From the NCBI RefSeq assembly GCF_009914755.1, contig NC_060937.1: 64,000 bases of DNA; one strand, given 5' to 3'. Numbering within the stretch: the stretch's first letter is position 1; the number at the start of each line of letters is the position of its first letter. The notes under the pieces were generated by a model that ran no database searches, was not told where the DNA came from, and saw only the letters and a list, made by a program, of their open reading frames with translations. A program made the translations under genes and the position numbers. This DNA is from the human T2T-CHM13v2.0 reference genome, Homo sapiens. Shown here one piece after another: positions 26,869 to 40,636 of the stretch.

Positions 26869-29279
26869 TATATAAATTTCATACTTCTTTTTCAGAGCAG
26901 ATGGCAACATCAGAGAGAAGGTGTTAATTGACTATCTCACATTTCTATTGAACTTAGTGGGACTAATTTCCTCCTATTTGCCTTTTGCAAGGTTCCTGTT
27001 GCCTTTAACTTATAGAAAAAGGTTTGCTTTTTCAACTATGGATACTGAGTTCTCCTCAAAACTGTCATCTGCAATTGAAATTAATATTTATCCAGCAGTA
27101 CAATAAGTGATTAGAACTTAAATAATGTCTTTGCCTTAAGTAGGTTATCTTGAAGAAAAATGACTAAGACAAGTAAGTAAACTGGCAATTGTGATGTGGT
27201 TGTGATTGAAAAGTATGATTGGGGTGGTGGGAATAAATAATATGATGCTATGAGTGCACAAGGGATATATTTTTAACACAAGGTTAGTAAAGGTCAGGGG
27301 AAGTTTACTAAAGATGTGAGGCCTTTACTACATTTTGTAGTAAGAGTCCAGGCAAGTGAGGGCCGTACAGACTAACAAAACATGTAAAAAGATATAAAGG
27401 CCAGTAAGATCAGGGCACATTTGTGTAACAGGGTAGTTAGTAGATGGCTGTACCTTTCATTGTGATAGGAATTAATACATTGTATAGTAAATTTATTTAA
27501 AATCCATAAGCTTGAAAATACTTAAAATGGAGACTCATTGAGCCTCAAATCCCATAATGCTATGTTCAAACTAGGAAAAAGAATAGCAGAAAAGTTGTAC
27601 CTATTACCAACATAAGTATTTAAATTAATCACATCTATATGTTTATTACTTTCCAGTCACATTAATTTATTTTCTGTCCTCTATGAAATAGCCATCTCAA
27701 TCTTATACTCATTTCACTCATGCTGTTTCTTTCCAGCTTCTATCTAGTAAACAATTGCCTCTTCTTTTTGAAAATACATATACAATATATTTTCTAGACT
27801 CTATCTCATTTTTTAGCTTTTAACTCTCAGAGATGAGTGCTTTGTTGATTCTCTTTCTCCATGTCTTTTTTTTCTTACCAAGTATAAAGGACAGGATTTA
27901 TAATCATGCTGCTGCCCCATAGACATTAAGCTAGGCACTGAGGATACAGAGTAGAATATTTTGAAAAACTTTACTTTTTTACACCTCCAAACATGAGGTG
28001 TAAAGCGAGGAATATATTCAAGTCACTGAAGGAGCCTTAATAAATTCTATTTAAAAAATTTCATTCTTATTTTGAGCTTTTAAAAATTCTTATGCTTGGA
28101 GTTCCTTGCTTATAAAAGTCTATTAAGCTAATAAGGTGGGAATTTGAAAAAATAATCCAAATTATGTTCATCTACACTCATTTATTTAAGACTGTGCCAC
28201 ACTTTTGGAGCCACAATTTCTGCATTGCACATGTATTTGTGGAGCTATGCTCAAAGGGTCATAAACTTAGATGGTAAATAATAGGTAGAAATGACAATTT
28301 GGAGTAAACATTTAAAGGTCACAATCTAACATTTATTTTTGGATTAGCATGTAGTAAGAAGTCACTGGAAGTCTGTGAAGAAAGAGGTAACTTGAATCGC
28401 CAATTTAAGTATGTTTGTAAGATATGATAAGCAAAGGGAAGCTGAACCTTTGAAAACTTAAAAGACAGAGACAATGATAACCCTTAACTAGCAAAAAAAA
28501 TCTATCAATTAAAGAGCTATAGTAGGTGTATGAAAAGAGCATGAGATAACATCTGAATTCCAAAAATATTTCAATTTTAATCCCAGGATTTTCATTTATA
28601 TGTGGTGTTCCTATGTACAAGTTAGGTTAATACTATGAGCTTGCTTTCTAATATATAAAACGTATTCAGTATATTGCATAGTTAATATTACTGTGAGGTC
28701 ATGTATATTCAAGAAATGGGGGGAGCTTTATTATTATTTTGTTTTCAGTATTGTTAGTAATAAGAATAATGGGACATACTAAGAACTATGGAAAATATAA
28801 AAGTCATGAACTTTGTGCATTTTTTACACTTAAAATCTACTGTAAAGACAACACAAATAAAACATCCAACCCCAATAAAAATATTTTCCAGTCAATGACA
28901 TTGTAATGATTCCTATTTGCACCTAGGCCATACCTTATACATTGATTTTCTGTATAAACTGTAGCAATCTAAAAAGGGAGCATTTCCTCTGTTCTATAGG
29001 GGAGAAAATTGAAGTTTAGGGAGATAAAGTATTGTGCATAAGGCCACACAACTATGCTGGGAGTCTAGGATTTGAAAAGAGACCATCTGCCTTCACAGCC
29101 CACCCCTTTCCCTTATAATGCATGCCTAAAACAATGATTTTGTTTAAATATTACTCTTTAATGTCTTCTCTATTCTCACCTAAGTTAAAGTCCTATTTCC
29201 TTTTACACTTGCTATAGCAAAACACTTTTAAATGATTCCACACCTTTAATTTTCTCTTCATTGAGTTCTTGCTGTACCT

Positions 29280-29710
29280 ATTTGAGTAACTATTAAATGC
29301 CTGGCACTGTTATAGGCACTGGAAATACATAAATTAATTTGTTCCAGCAGTCTTATAATAGAGGAGTCATTTGACTATTAGTGACAGAGGGAAAAATATT
29401 TGGATATGAGAGGGTGATAAGTTTGATAAATAAAAATTTAACAAGTTAAGGGGATTGAAAGTTATAAAAAAGTCATAATGGGTTGTGTAGTTATACTAAA
29501 GTTTGGTAGTAATAGAGTAGTGTGGCTAAAGCAGTATTTTAGAGAGAGAGACAGGCGATAATGATGGAGAGATAGTAGAGACTAGACAGAAGGCCTTAAA
29601 AGACCAGAATGAGAATCATGGCTTTTTCTGTAAGTGAGACAAGAAACCAGTGCAAAGTAATAATTAGAAAAGTGACAAAATCTGGCCTCTGTTTTAGCAA
29701 AGTCACCCTG
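29280..29710 (-). mobile_element. L2 remnant
   Basis: tgagtaactattaaatgcctggcactgttataggcactgg is an antisense L2 3' end, followed by degenerate L2 body. Confidence 0.55.
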
Positions 29711-30164
29711 TCTCTTCTGTTCTCATTCAAAAACATAGCTGATTACATTTACAAGGCAGAGCGCCATTCAGGCTACTTGCTCACTCTTAAGCCCATAACG
29801 TCTCATCCTTACATTCCAATGGCTTTAGTTTCTATTTAGAAATAGCAATGGTGGTGTTGGTAGTAGTCGTAGTAGTAATATTCATAATTGTAATAACAGT
29901 CTCTACTTCATGAGTACTAACCCTATGGATCTCTTGATTTATAGGATACTCATTCTTTCACAAATTTTATTCTTCTAAAGAATCTTTATTTCTAATGGAA
30001 TATCCATTTACATCTCAACAGGTACTGATGTTCCAGAAAATAGTTTTGAAAATTATATTCTACAGAATTAATATAAAATTCTTTAGTGTACAAGTCATTT
30101 TTAAAATTTATTCATGCCACATTTTTTTCTATTTGTGGATGGTCTTTTTTTTAATTCAGTTTCC

Positions 30165-30440
30165 ATAACTAAATTATATCTGTTCTTCAAGACTTGTTCA
30201 AATCCTACTCTCTCTAGGAAGTCTTTCTTGATTTTACTTCATGAAAAGAATCACTTTCTCTTGTGATCTTCTATTGATGTTGATTCATATCTTTCTTAAC
30301 AGCACTTATCATTTACTATATTCTATTCTACTCTATGTATGCATTAACCTTTCTTATTTCTAGTGCAAGGATCTGTGAGGGAAGTCTCTTTGCCTAATTC
30401 ATCTTTATGTCTAACATAGTGTCTTAAACACAGTAGAAAA
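30165..30440 (+). mobile_element. L2 3' end remnant
   Basis: ttcttcaagac...tctctaggaagtctttcttga...agcacttatc...ctaacatagtgtcttaaacacagtag. Confidence 0.6.
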
Positions 30441-32036
30441 TAAAGGGCTATGTCAACAGTCAGTTTATTTTTAATTTGGTCATATCTATTCCAATTACAT
30501 GTATCATTTATTTCCATAATTCAGTTGTAACATCTTTTAAGTAACAACACATTTTTATCCCTTTAATGTGACCCCCCATGTGTCTTAGGTAGACCTCTGT
30601 AACATTTTCCTTCAGGTCTTCAAAAGTTGATTGACTGAATGGTTGATTAACCATGCAGGTTGGAGGAATTTGCCATTGGGTTAAAAGATTTAAATCATCC
30701 CTAGAACTCAATTCTGAAAAAAAGATTTCTTAGTTTCATAGTGTTTGTGAAACACCATGTACACTGACTAGAGAAAGAGAGATAGTGAGGCCAGGCTCAA
30801 GGCCATTCTCCAGTGGCTAAGAAGCTGAGAATCCACAACTGGGGTCAGAAACTTTAATATCTGCTATCATGGTTTTTATTGCTATGGCATGTTTTGATAC
30901 ACTCCAGAGGGAACTGTCATCTTATCTTGCTTATTCCACAGGCTGGGAAATAGGCTTGTAGAGGATGTTGAAATAAGATGAAGAGATGAAATACAATCTC
31001 CATTTCATTTAGTCTTAGAAGATTTTGTGAAGTATGAAGGTGTAATATCCTGGTAAACCAATTATGAAAATATAAGTGAGTTGAAAAAATTCAATTAATT
31101 ATAGCATATAAACATATTTTAGCTTTGATATTTTTAAATGTTACTTATCTTATACAAATTAATACTGTGTACCAAACAAGCTAGATAAAAATCTAAAATC
31201 AAAGTAATATGTTTTCATAAAACTCTACATCTAATAATTGTAAAAATACCCTACATTTCAATAATGAAGATTCTACCAAGTTGCAAATAAACATTAGATA
31301 AATGACATGGAAAATGCCAATGCATGGTTTAGGCAGACCAAGGACAAATCATTTTAAGTTCAAATATTATCTTGCTTTTTAAATTGTATATTTTTATAAT
31401 AGTACTATTTGCTCATCAATTGCTATACATCTATGCTTGGCACTTTAATACTTGTCTGCTGCCTGAAACTCTAAGACTTGAGATTCAGCCACATAAACAC
31501 TAAATAATTCACTGTCAGGCTTCCTGCAGCTTGGAAGGAGTGAAAAACTAGAACAAGAGACTAACAGACATAAATTAAGGAGAAAATGAGAAATTCAAGA
31601 TTCACTCTAGAGCACAGGTATAAGAGCACAGATAAAATAAGAAATCGTATTCAAAGCTATATAGAACAAGGGGAGAAGGATGAAATTTTTGTTCATGTAG
31701 TAAAATAATAACATATTTTAATAATGTTAGTCTGCAAAAATATTGTAAGTAGTGATATGTTTTTCCTTAAAATCACTTGTGCTTGCAAGTCCAGTAAGAG
31801 GAAAGTAAGAGTTTTGTGCAATGTAAGAACCATAACTCAGTTAGTTATTTCAAAATCTAATGCAAATGTCTTAATGATCTTTGAATCAGGAAGAAAAGAT
31901 AGAAGGTATTTAATTTGACAGAAGTAAGATTAGCAAGAAGCAGTTTTGCTAGTGTTACACTGGGAAGTGACTGGCTGGGACATAAGCCAGAAAGTAACTG
32001 GAATCTTGAAACACCTTTTCTTTCTGTTTTTTTTTG

Positions 32037-32069
<33 letters not shown>

Positions 32070-32553
32070 TTTTTTGAGTTGAAGGCAAGCTTGTAAGTCT
32101 CTTTGAATAATGAACTTTGGGCTTGTTTATCTGATCTATGATGATGCTTCATCTTGAACTTATTTATCCTAGTCACATAAAGTCTTTTTCATTTAGTTTT
32201 CTGATATCTTACTATTTGTAATTCATTAAACTATTGCTTTATAAATATTAACTAACTTTTTTGAAACCTGTAGAAAATAGGAATAATTCTTCTCTCTTAT
32301 AATAAAACTCATTGACTGCTGTTTTTATTCTTATTCATACTGATGCCTTTCATTTTTGGAAAAAAGCAAACTAAATAAATATATAAATAAAGTACCAGTG
32401 TGTCTCAGGATAAAATTGGAAGAATAAAAGATAACTGAGTGGCCCATCTTTGCTTGTCTCTTGTATGAAATGGAAATTTCTCACATTTATCATTGTAATT
32501 TAGGATACTAAATGATACTTTGTTATGTCCAACAGAAACTTTTTATAATATAG

Positions 32554-32861
<308 letters not shown>

Positions 32862-35361
32862 TAATATAGCTTTTCTTTTAAGTATTATGGTTCAGAATTT
32901 TGTATCTGCTTCTAGAAAGATAGAATAATATTCATCTACCCTCCTCTCTTTAAGATTTATACTCCTAATTTAAAAGGAGACAAAAATAAAAATGGAAAAA
33001 GGAAATTTTTTTTGTATTTTTCTAACTTTGAAATTATTCAATGTTATTTCTTTTAATTTTGAAACATATTTTTAAACTAAAATTATAAGTAAGGGATCAT
33101 GAGGCAGAGCAAGATGGGTAAATAGAAGCATTCACCAATCATTCTTCCAGCAGAACCATAAAATTTAACAACTGCCACACAAAAATGCATCTTCACAAGA
33201 ATCAAAAATCAGGTGAGCAATCACAATACCTGGTTTTATCTTCATATCACAGAAAGAGGCATTGAAGACATTAGTAAAGGCAGCCTAAAATTGCCAATGC
33301 CACCTTTTCCCCATCTCCTGGCAGTGGCCCTGGCCCCATGGTGTGGAGAGAGAATCTGTGTACTTGGTGAAGGAGAATGCAGTGATTGTAAGACTTGACA
33401 TTGGAACTCAGTGCTGTTCTGTCACAGTGGAAACTAACAGAGGGCAGAATTCAGCCTGTATGCATGCAAGGAGCATTTATACCAGCCCTCACCAGAGGGG
33501 AATCACCCACTCCAGCAGTCAAAATCTGAGTTCTGGCAAGCCCTGCTACCACCACAGGCTAAAGTGCTGTGGGGTTCTAAATAAACTTGAAAGGCAGTCT
33601 AAGCCAGAAGGACTGCAATCCCTGGGCACATCCTGGTGCTGTGCTGGGCTTGAAGTGGAATTGGGGGCATATGACCGAGTGAGACACCAGCTGGAGCAGC
33701 CAAGGGAGTACTTGCCTTACCCCTCACCCAACATCAAGAACCACAGCTTGCAGCTCCAGGCAAAACTCCATCTCTTCACTTGAGAGAAAAGAGGATTTTG
33801 TCTTGTGACTTGGATATCAGCTCAGCCACAGTAGGATAGGGTACCACAGAGAAGTTCTGAATCCTCCATTCTATGCCCTAGCTCCTTGATGACATCTGTA
33901 GACACATCCTGGGCCAGAAGGGAAGTCACTGCCTTGAAGGGAAGGACCCAGTCCTGGCAGGATTTATCATCTCATAACTAAAGAGCCCTTGGGCTTTGAA
34001 TAATCACCAGCAATACCCAGGCAGTACTCACTGTGAGCCTTGGGTGAAAGTCAGAGATGTGGTGGCTTCAGGTGTGATCCAGCACATTTTCAGCTCGGTG
34101 GCTACAGAGAGAGATTTCTTCAGTTTGAGAAAAGGTGAAGGAAGAGTAAAGGAGACTTTGTCTTGGAGCTTAGGTACCAAGTCAATCACCATGATTGACC
34201 AGCTGGCCCTTGGGGTCCCTGATTCCAGGCCTTGGCTCTTGGACAGCATTTCTGGACCTACCTCGGCCAGAGGGAAGACCACTGCCTAAAGAGAGAGTCC
34301 CAGGCCTCACAGCATTCACCACAAGCTGATTTAAAAGCCCCTTGGGCCTTGAATGAATATCAGCCATAGCTAGGCAGTGTTCACCATGGGCCAAAGGTAG
34401 TTGTGGCCTCAGAGAGAGACTCTACTTGTGGAAAGAGGAAGAAAGAATGGGCAAGACTTTGTCTTATGGTTTGGGTGCCAACTTAGCCACAGAATAGAGC
34501 ACAGATAGATTCTTAAGGTTTCTGACTTCAGGCGCAGGCTCCTGGACAACATATCTGAACCCACTCAGGGACAGCGGGAACTTGCTGTCCTGAAGAGAAG
34601 GACAAAAGTCTAGCTGGCTTTGCTATTTGCTCATTGTAGAGCCGTAGAACCATGAGTAATCATAGGTGGTAGGTGGGCAGTGGTTACCGTGGGCCTTGGG
34701 CAAGACCCAGTACCATGCTGGTGTCATGTCTGACTCAGCACAGTCCTACTGGTGGTGGTCACAGAGGTACTTGTGTCACCCTTCTGCCAGCTCCAGGAAG
34801 CTCAACACAGAGAGTGAGACTCCATTTGTCTGGGAGAAAGAAAAGGAAGAGAACAAGAGTCTGATTGATAATGGAGAGAATTCTTCTGGATCTTATCCAA
34901 GACTGCCAAGCTTGTACCTCGATGAATTTGCAAGAGCCAGTGTTACAGGGTTTGGGGTACTCCTTAATGCAGACAGAGGTTCAGTGACCAAAAGCTTAGT
35001 TGACAACACCCAAGTTCCTTTGAATAGCTGGAAAGGCTTCCCAAAAAGAATGGGTACAAACAACCTAAGACTGCAAGGATTATAATAGATACCTAACATT
35101 TCAATACCCAGACACTGACAAACATTCATAAGCATCAACACCATCCAGAAAAACAGAAACTCACACACACACACAAAAAAACCTAAATAAGTCATTAGGG
35201 ACTAATCCTAGAGAGACAGATACATGTGACTTTTCAGACAGAAAATTTAAAATAGTTAGTTTGTGGAAATTCAACAAAATTTAACATGACAGAAGGAATT
35301 CAAAATCGTATCAGATAAATTTAGCAAAGAGATTAAAATAATTTAAAAGAATGAAGGGGAT

Positions 35362-35494
35362 CTTCCACCATGATTGTGAGGCTTCCCCAACCACGTGGAA
35401 CTTTTAAGTCCATTAAATCTCGTAATCTCGTTCTTTTGTAAATTGCCCAGTCTCAGCTATGTCTTTATTAGCAGCATGAAAATGGGCTAATACA
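35362..35494 (+). mobile_element. THE1 (MaLR) LTR, 3' third only
   Basis: cttccaccatgattgtgaggcttcccc...aaattgcccagtctc...tctttattagcagcatgaaaatgggctaataca. Confidence 0.9.
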
Positions 35495-35991
35495 CTGTAG
35501 AATAGTATATCCAGCAAAAAGATCCTTCAAACATGAAGGAGAAATAAAGAATTTCCCAGACAAACAAAAGCTGAGAGACTTCATCAACATCAGACCTATC
35601 CTACAAAAAATGCTAAAGGGTGTTAATTCCCCAATCTGAAAGAAAAATCACATTAATGAGCAATAAGAAATCATCCCAAGGTACAAAACTCACTGGTAAT
35701 ACTAAGGACACAGAAAAACACAGATTATTATAACATTGTAATTGTGGTGTATAAACTACTTATATATTAAGAGGAAAGACAAAAAGATGAACTGATCAAA
35801 AATAATAACAACAACAACAACTTTTCTAGACATAAACCGTATAAGAAGATATAAATACAAACAACAAAAAGTTTAAAAATGGGAACAAAGTTTAAGTGTA
35901 AGTTTTTATTAGTTTTCTTTTTGCTTGTTTGTTTATGCAATTAGTCTTAAGTTGTCATCATTTCAAAATAATAGGTTGTATGATTACTTGT

Positions 35992-38900
35992 GGTGGATCT
36001 GGCAAGATGGCTGAATAGGAACAGCTCTGTTGTGCAGCTCCTAGCAAGACCAATGCAGGAGGATGATTTCTGCATTTCCAACTGAGGTACTCAGTTCATC
36101 TCATTGAGACTGGTTAGAAAGTGGGTGCAGCCCACATGAGGCTAGCAGAAGCAGAACTTGAAATTCTTGCTGCCAGCACAGCAGTCTGAAGTCAATCTGG
36201 GACACTCAGGCTTGGTGTGGGGAGAGGGATCGCCCATTACTGAGGCTCCAGTAGGCGGATTTACCCTCACAGTGTAAACAAAGCTGCCAGGAAGTTGACA
36301 CTGGGTGGAACCACCACAGCTGCAGCAAAGCCACTGTAGCCAGACTGCCTCTTTAGATTCCTCCTCTCTGGGCAGTGCATCTATGAAAGAAAGGCAGCAG
36401 CCCAAGTCAGGAGCTTATAGATAAAACTTCTATCTATAGAAGTCGACACCTCCCAGCAGGGGTCGACAGACACCTCATACAGGAGAGCTCTGGCTGGCAT
36501 CTGGTGGATGCCCCTCTGGGACAAAGCTTCCAGAGGAAGAAGCAGGCAGCAATCTTTGGATCTGCAGCCTCTGCTGGTGATACCCAGGAAAAAAGGGTCT
36601 GGAGTGGATCTCCAGCAAACTCCAGCAGACCTGGAGAAGAGGGCTCTGACTGTTAAAAGGAAAAGTAACAGACAGAAAGCAATAACATCAACATCAACAA
36701 AAAGGACACCCTCGCAAAAACCCCATCCAAAGCTCATCAGCATCAAAGATCACAGGTAGTTAAATCCATGAAGATGAGGAAAAACCAGCAGAAAAATGCT
36801 GAATATTCCAAAAACCAGAATGCCTCTTCTCCTCCAAAAAATCACAACTCCTTGCTAGAAAGGAAATGAAACTGGACAGTGAATGACTTTGACAAATTGA
36901 CAGAAGTAGGCTTCAGAAGATAGGTAATAACAAACTCCTCTGAGCTAAAGGAGAATTTTCTAACCCAGTGCAAGGAAGCTAAGAATCTTGTTAAAAGGTT
37001 ACTGCTAATTAGAATAACCAGCTTAGAGAAGAACATAAATGACCTGATGGAGCTAAAAAACACAGCACAAGAACTTCGTGAACCATATACAAGTATCAAT
37101 AGCTCTGGAACAAGCAGACCTAATAGATCTACAGAACTCTCCACCCAAAATCAACAGAATATACATCCTTCTGAGCACCACATAGCACTTATTCTAAAAT
37201 TGACCACATAATTGGAAGTAAAACACTCCTCAGCAAGCACAAGAGAACAGAAACCATAACAAACAGTCTCTCGGACCACAGTGCAATCAAATTAGAACTC
37301 AGGATTAAGAAATTCACTCAAAACCACACAAGTAGATGGAAACTGAACAACCTGCCCCTAAATGACTATGGGGTAAATAATGAAATTAAGGCAGACGTAA
37401 CAAAATTGTTTGAAACTAATGAGAACAAAGACATAATGTACCAGAATCTCTGGGACACAGCTAAAGCAGTGTTTAGAGGGAAATTTATAGCACTAAGTGC
37501 CCACATTAGAAAGTGGGAAAGATCTAAAATAGACACCCTAACATCACAATTAAGAGAACTAGAGAAGTAAGAGCAAACAAAATAAAAAGCTCACAGGAGA
37601 CAAGAAATAACTAAGATCAGAGCAGAAGTGAAGGAGATAGAGACATGAAAAACCCTTCAAAAAATCAGTGACCCCAGGAGCTGATTTTTTGGAAAAATTA
37701 ACAAAATAGGTAGACTGCTAGCCAGACTAATAAAGAAGAAAAGAGAGAAGAATCAAATGGACACAATGAAATATGGTAAAGGCGATAACACCACTGGTCC
37801 CACAGTAATACAAACTACCATCAGAGAATACTATAAACACCTCTATGCAAATAAACTATAAAATCTAGAAGAAGTGGATAAATTCCTGGACACATAAACC
37901 CTCCCAAGACTAAACCAGGAAGAAGTCAAATCCCTGAATAGACTAATAACAACTTCTGAAATTGAGGCAGTAAATAATAGCCTACCAACCAAAAAAAGCC
38001 CACACCAGATGGATTCATAGCCGAATTCTACCAGAGGCACAAAGAGGAGCTGATACCATTCCTTCTGAAACTATTCCAAACAATAGAAAAGGAGGGACTC
38101 CTCCTTATCTCATTTTATGAGGCCAGCATCATCCTGATACCAAACCCTTCCAGAGACACAACAAAAAAAGAAAATTTCAGGTCAGTATCCCTGATGAACA
38201 TCGATGTAAAAATCCTCAATAAAATACTGGCAAACCAAATCCAGCAGCACATCAAAAAGCTTATCCACAACAACCAAGTCAACTTCATTGCTGGGATGCA
38301 AGGCTGGTTCAACATACACAAATCAATAATTATGTAATCCATCACATACACAGAACCAATGGCAAAAAACACATGATTATCTCAATAGATGCAGAAAAGG
38401 CCTTTGATAAAATTCAACACCACTTCATGCTAAAACACACTCAATAAACTAGGTACTGATGGAACATATCTCAAAATAATAAGAGCTATTCATGAAAAAC
38501 CCATAGCCAAATCATACTGAATGGGCAAAAGCTGGAAGCATTCCCTTTGAAAACTGGCACAAGAGAAGGATGCCCTCTCTTACCACTCCTCTTCAACATA
38601 GTATTGGAAGTTCTGGCCAGGGCAATCAGGCAAAAGAAAAAAATAAAGGGTATTCAAATAGGAAGAGAGGGAGTCAAATTGTCTCTGTTTGCAGATGACA
38701 TGATTGTATATTTAGAAAACCACATCATCTCAGCCCAAAAACTCCTTAAGCTGATAGGCAACTTCAGCAAAGTCTCAGGATACAAAATCAATGTGCAGAA
38801 ATCACAAGCATTCCTATACACCAATAATAGACAAACAGAGAGCCAAATCCTGAATGAACTCCCATTCACAACTGCTACAAAGAGAATAAAATACCTAGGA

Positions 38901-40636
38901 ATACAACTTACTAGGGACGTGAAGGAACTCTTCAAGAACTACAAACCACTCCTCAAGAAATAAGAGAGGACACAAAGAAATGAAAAAACATTCCATACTA
39001 ATGGATAGGAAGAAACAATATCATGAAAATGGCCATACTGCCCAAAGTAATTTATAGATTCAATGCTATTCCCATCAAACTACCATTGACTTTCTTTACA
39101 GAATTAGAAAAAACTACAATTAAGTTTCAAATGGAACCAAAAAAGAGCCATATAGCCAAGACAATCCTAAGCGAAAAGAACAAAGCTGGAGGTTTCACGC
39201 CACCTGACTTCAAACTATACTACAAGGCTACAGTAACCAAAACAGCATGGTACTGGTACCAAAACAGATATATAAACCAATGGAACAGAATAGAAGTCTC
39301 AGAAATAAGGCCACACATCTACAACCATCTCATCTTTGACAAACCTGACAAAAACAAGCAATGGGGAAAGGAGTCCCTGTTTAATAAATGGTGTTGGGAA
39401 AACTGTCTAGCCATATACAGAAAACTGGAACTGGACCCCTTCCTTACACCTTGTACAAAAATTAACTCAAGATGGATTAAAGACTTAAATGTGAGACCTA
39501 AAGCCGTAAAAACCCTAGAAGAAAATATAGGCAATAACATTCAAAACATAGGCATGAGGAAAGACTTAATGACTCAAACACCAAAAGCCATTGCAACAAA
39601 GACCAAAATGGACAAATGGGATCTAATTAAACTAAAGAGCTTCTGCTTAGCAAACAAAACTATTATCAGAGTGTACAGGCAACCTACAGAATGGGAGAAA
39701 AGTTCTGCAATCTATCCATATGACAAAGGGCTAATATCCAGAATCTACAAGGAACTTAAAAAATTTACAAGAAAAAAACAACCCCATCAAAAAGTGGACA
39801 AAGGATATGAACAGAGGCTTCTCAAAAGAAGACATTTATGTGGCTAACAAACATATGAAAAAAAGCTCATCATCACTGGTCATTACAGAAATGCAAATCA
39901 AAACCACAATGAGATACCATCTCACGCCAGTTAAAAATGGAGATCATTAAAAAGTCAGGAAACAACAGATGCTGGAGAAGATGTGGAGAAATAGGCACAC
40001 TTTTACTCTGTTGGTAGGAGTGTAAATTAGTTCAACCATTGTGGAAAACAGTGTGGTGATTCCTCAAGAATCTGGAACCAGAAATACCATTTTACCCAAC
40101 AATCCCATTACTGGGTATATACCCAAAGGGTTATAAGTCATTCTGCTATAAAGACACATGCACATGTATGTTTATTGCAGCACTATTTGCAATAGCAAAG
40201 ACTTGGAACCAACCCAATTCCCCATCAATGATAGACCACATAAAGAAAATATGGCACATATATACCATGGAATACTATGCAGTTATAAAAAAGAATGAGT
40301 TCATGTTCTTTGCAGGGACATGGATGAAAGCTGGAAACCATCATCTTCAGCCAACTAACACAGGAACAGAAAATCAAACACTGCATGTTTTCACTCATAA
40401 GTGAGAGTTAAACAATAAGAACACATGGACACAGGGATGGGAACATCACACACCGGGGTCTGTTGGGCGTAGGGGAAAGGGCAGGGATAGAATTAGGAGA
40501 AATACCTAATGTAGATGACGGGTTGATGGGTGCAGCAAGCCACCATGGCACATGTATACCTATGTAACAAACCTGCACATTTTTCACATATATCCCAGAA
40601 TTTAAAGTATAATAAAAAAATTATGTACAGAAAAAA
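35992..40636 (+). mobile_element. L1PA7-like element with both ends present and three internal deletions
   Basis: 5' ggcaagatggctgaataggaacagct; 3' acctaatgtagatgacgggttgatgggtgcagca and polyA. Degenerate TSD atgattacttg (35980-35990) and aagattatttg (40637-40647). Confidence 0.92.
37104..40400 (+). pseudogene. Disrupted L1 ORF2 (endonuclease/reverse transcriptase)
   Basis: ORF 38547..38963 has GTREGCPL and the RT motif [12 protein letters not shown] 39023..39847 is ORF2 C-terminal sequence. Many stops and frameshifts, and the N-terminal endonuclease half is deleted. Confidence 0.9.

Noticed and set aside
27978-28004. Perfect 10-bp inverted repeat tttacacctc-N7-gaggtgtaaa resembling paired T-box half-sites
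   Set aside because: About one such hairpin is expected by chance in 64 kb, and there is no other support.
38547-39847. Longest ORFs (138 and 274 aa), with an RT motif
   Set aside because: They are fragments of a dead L1PA7 ORF2, with frameshifts, an early ORF1 stop and a deleted endonuclease. They are neither a functional gene nor a novel RT system.
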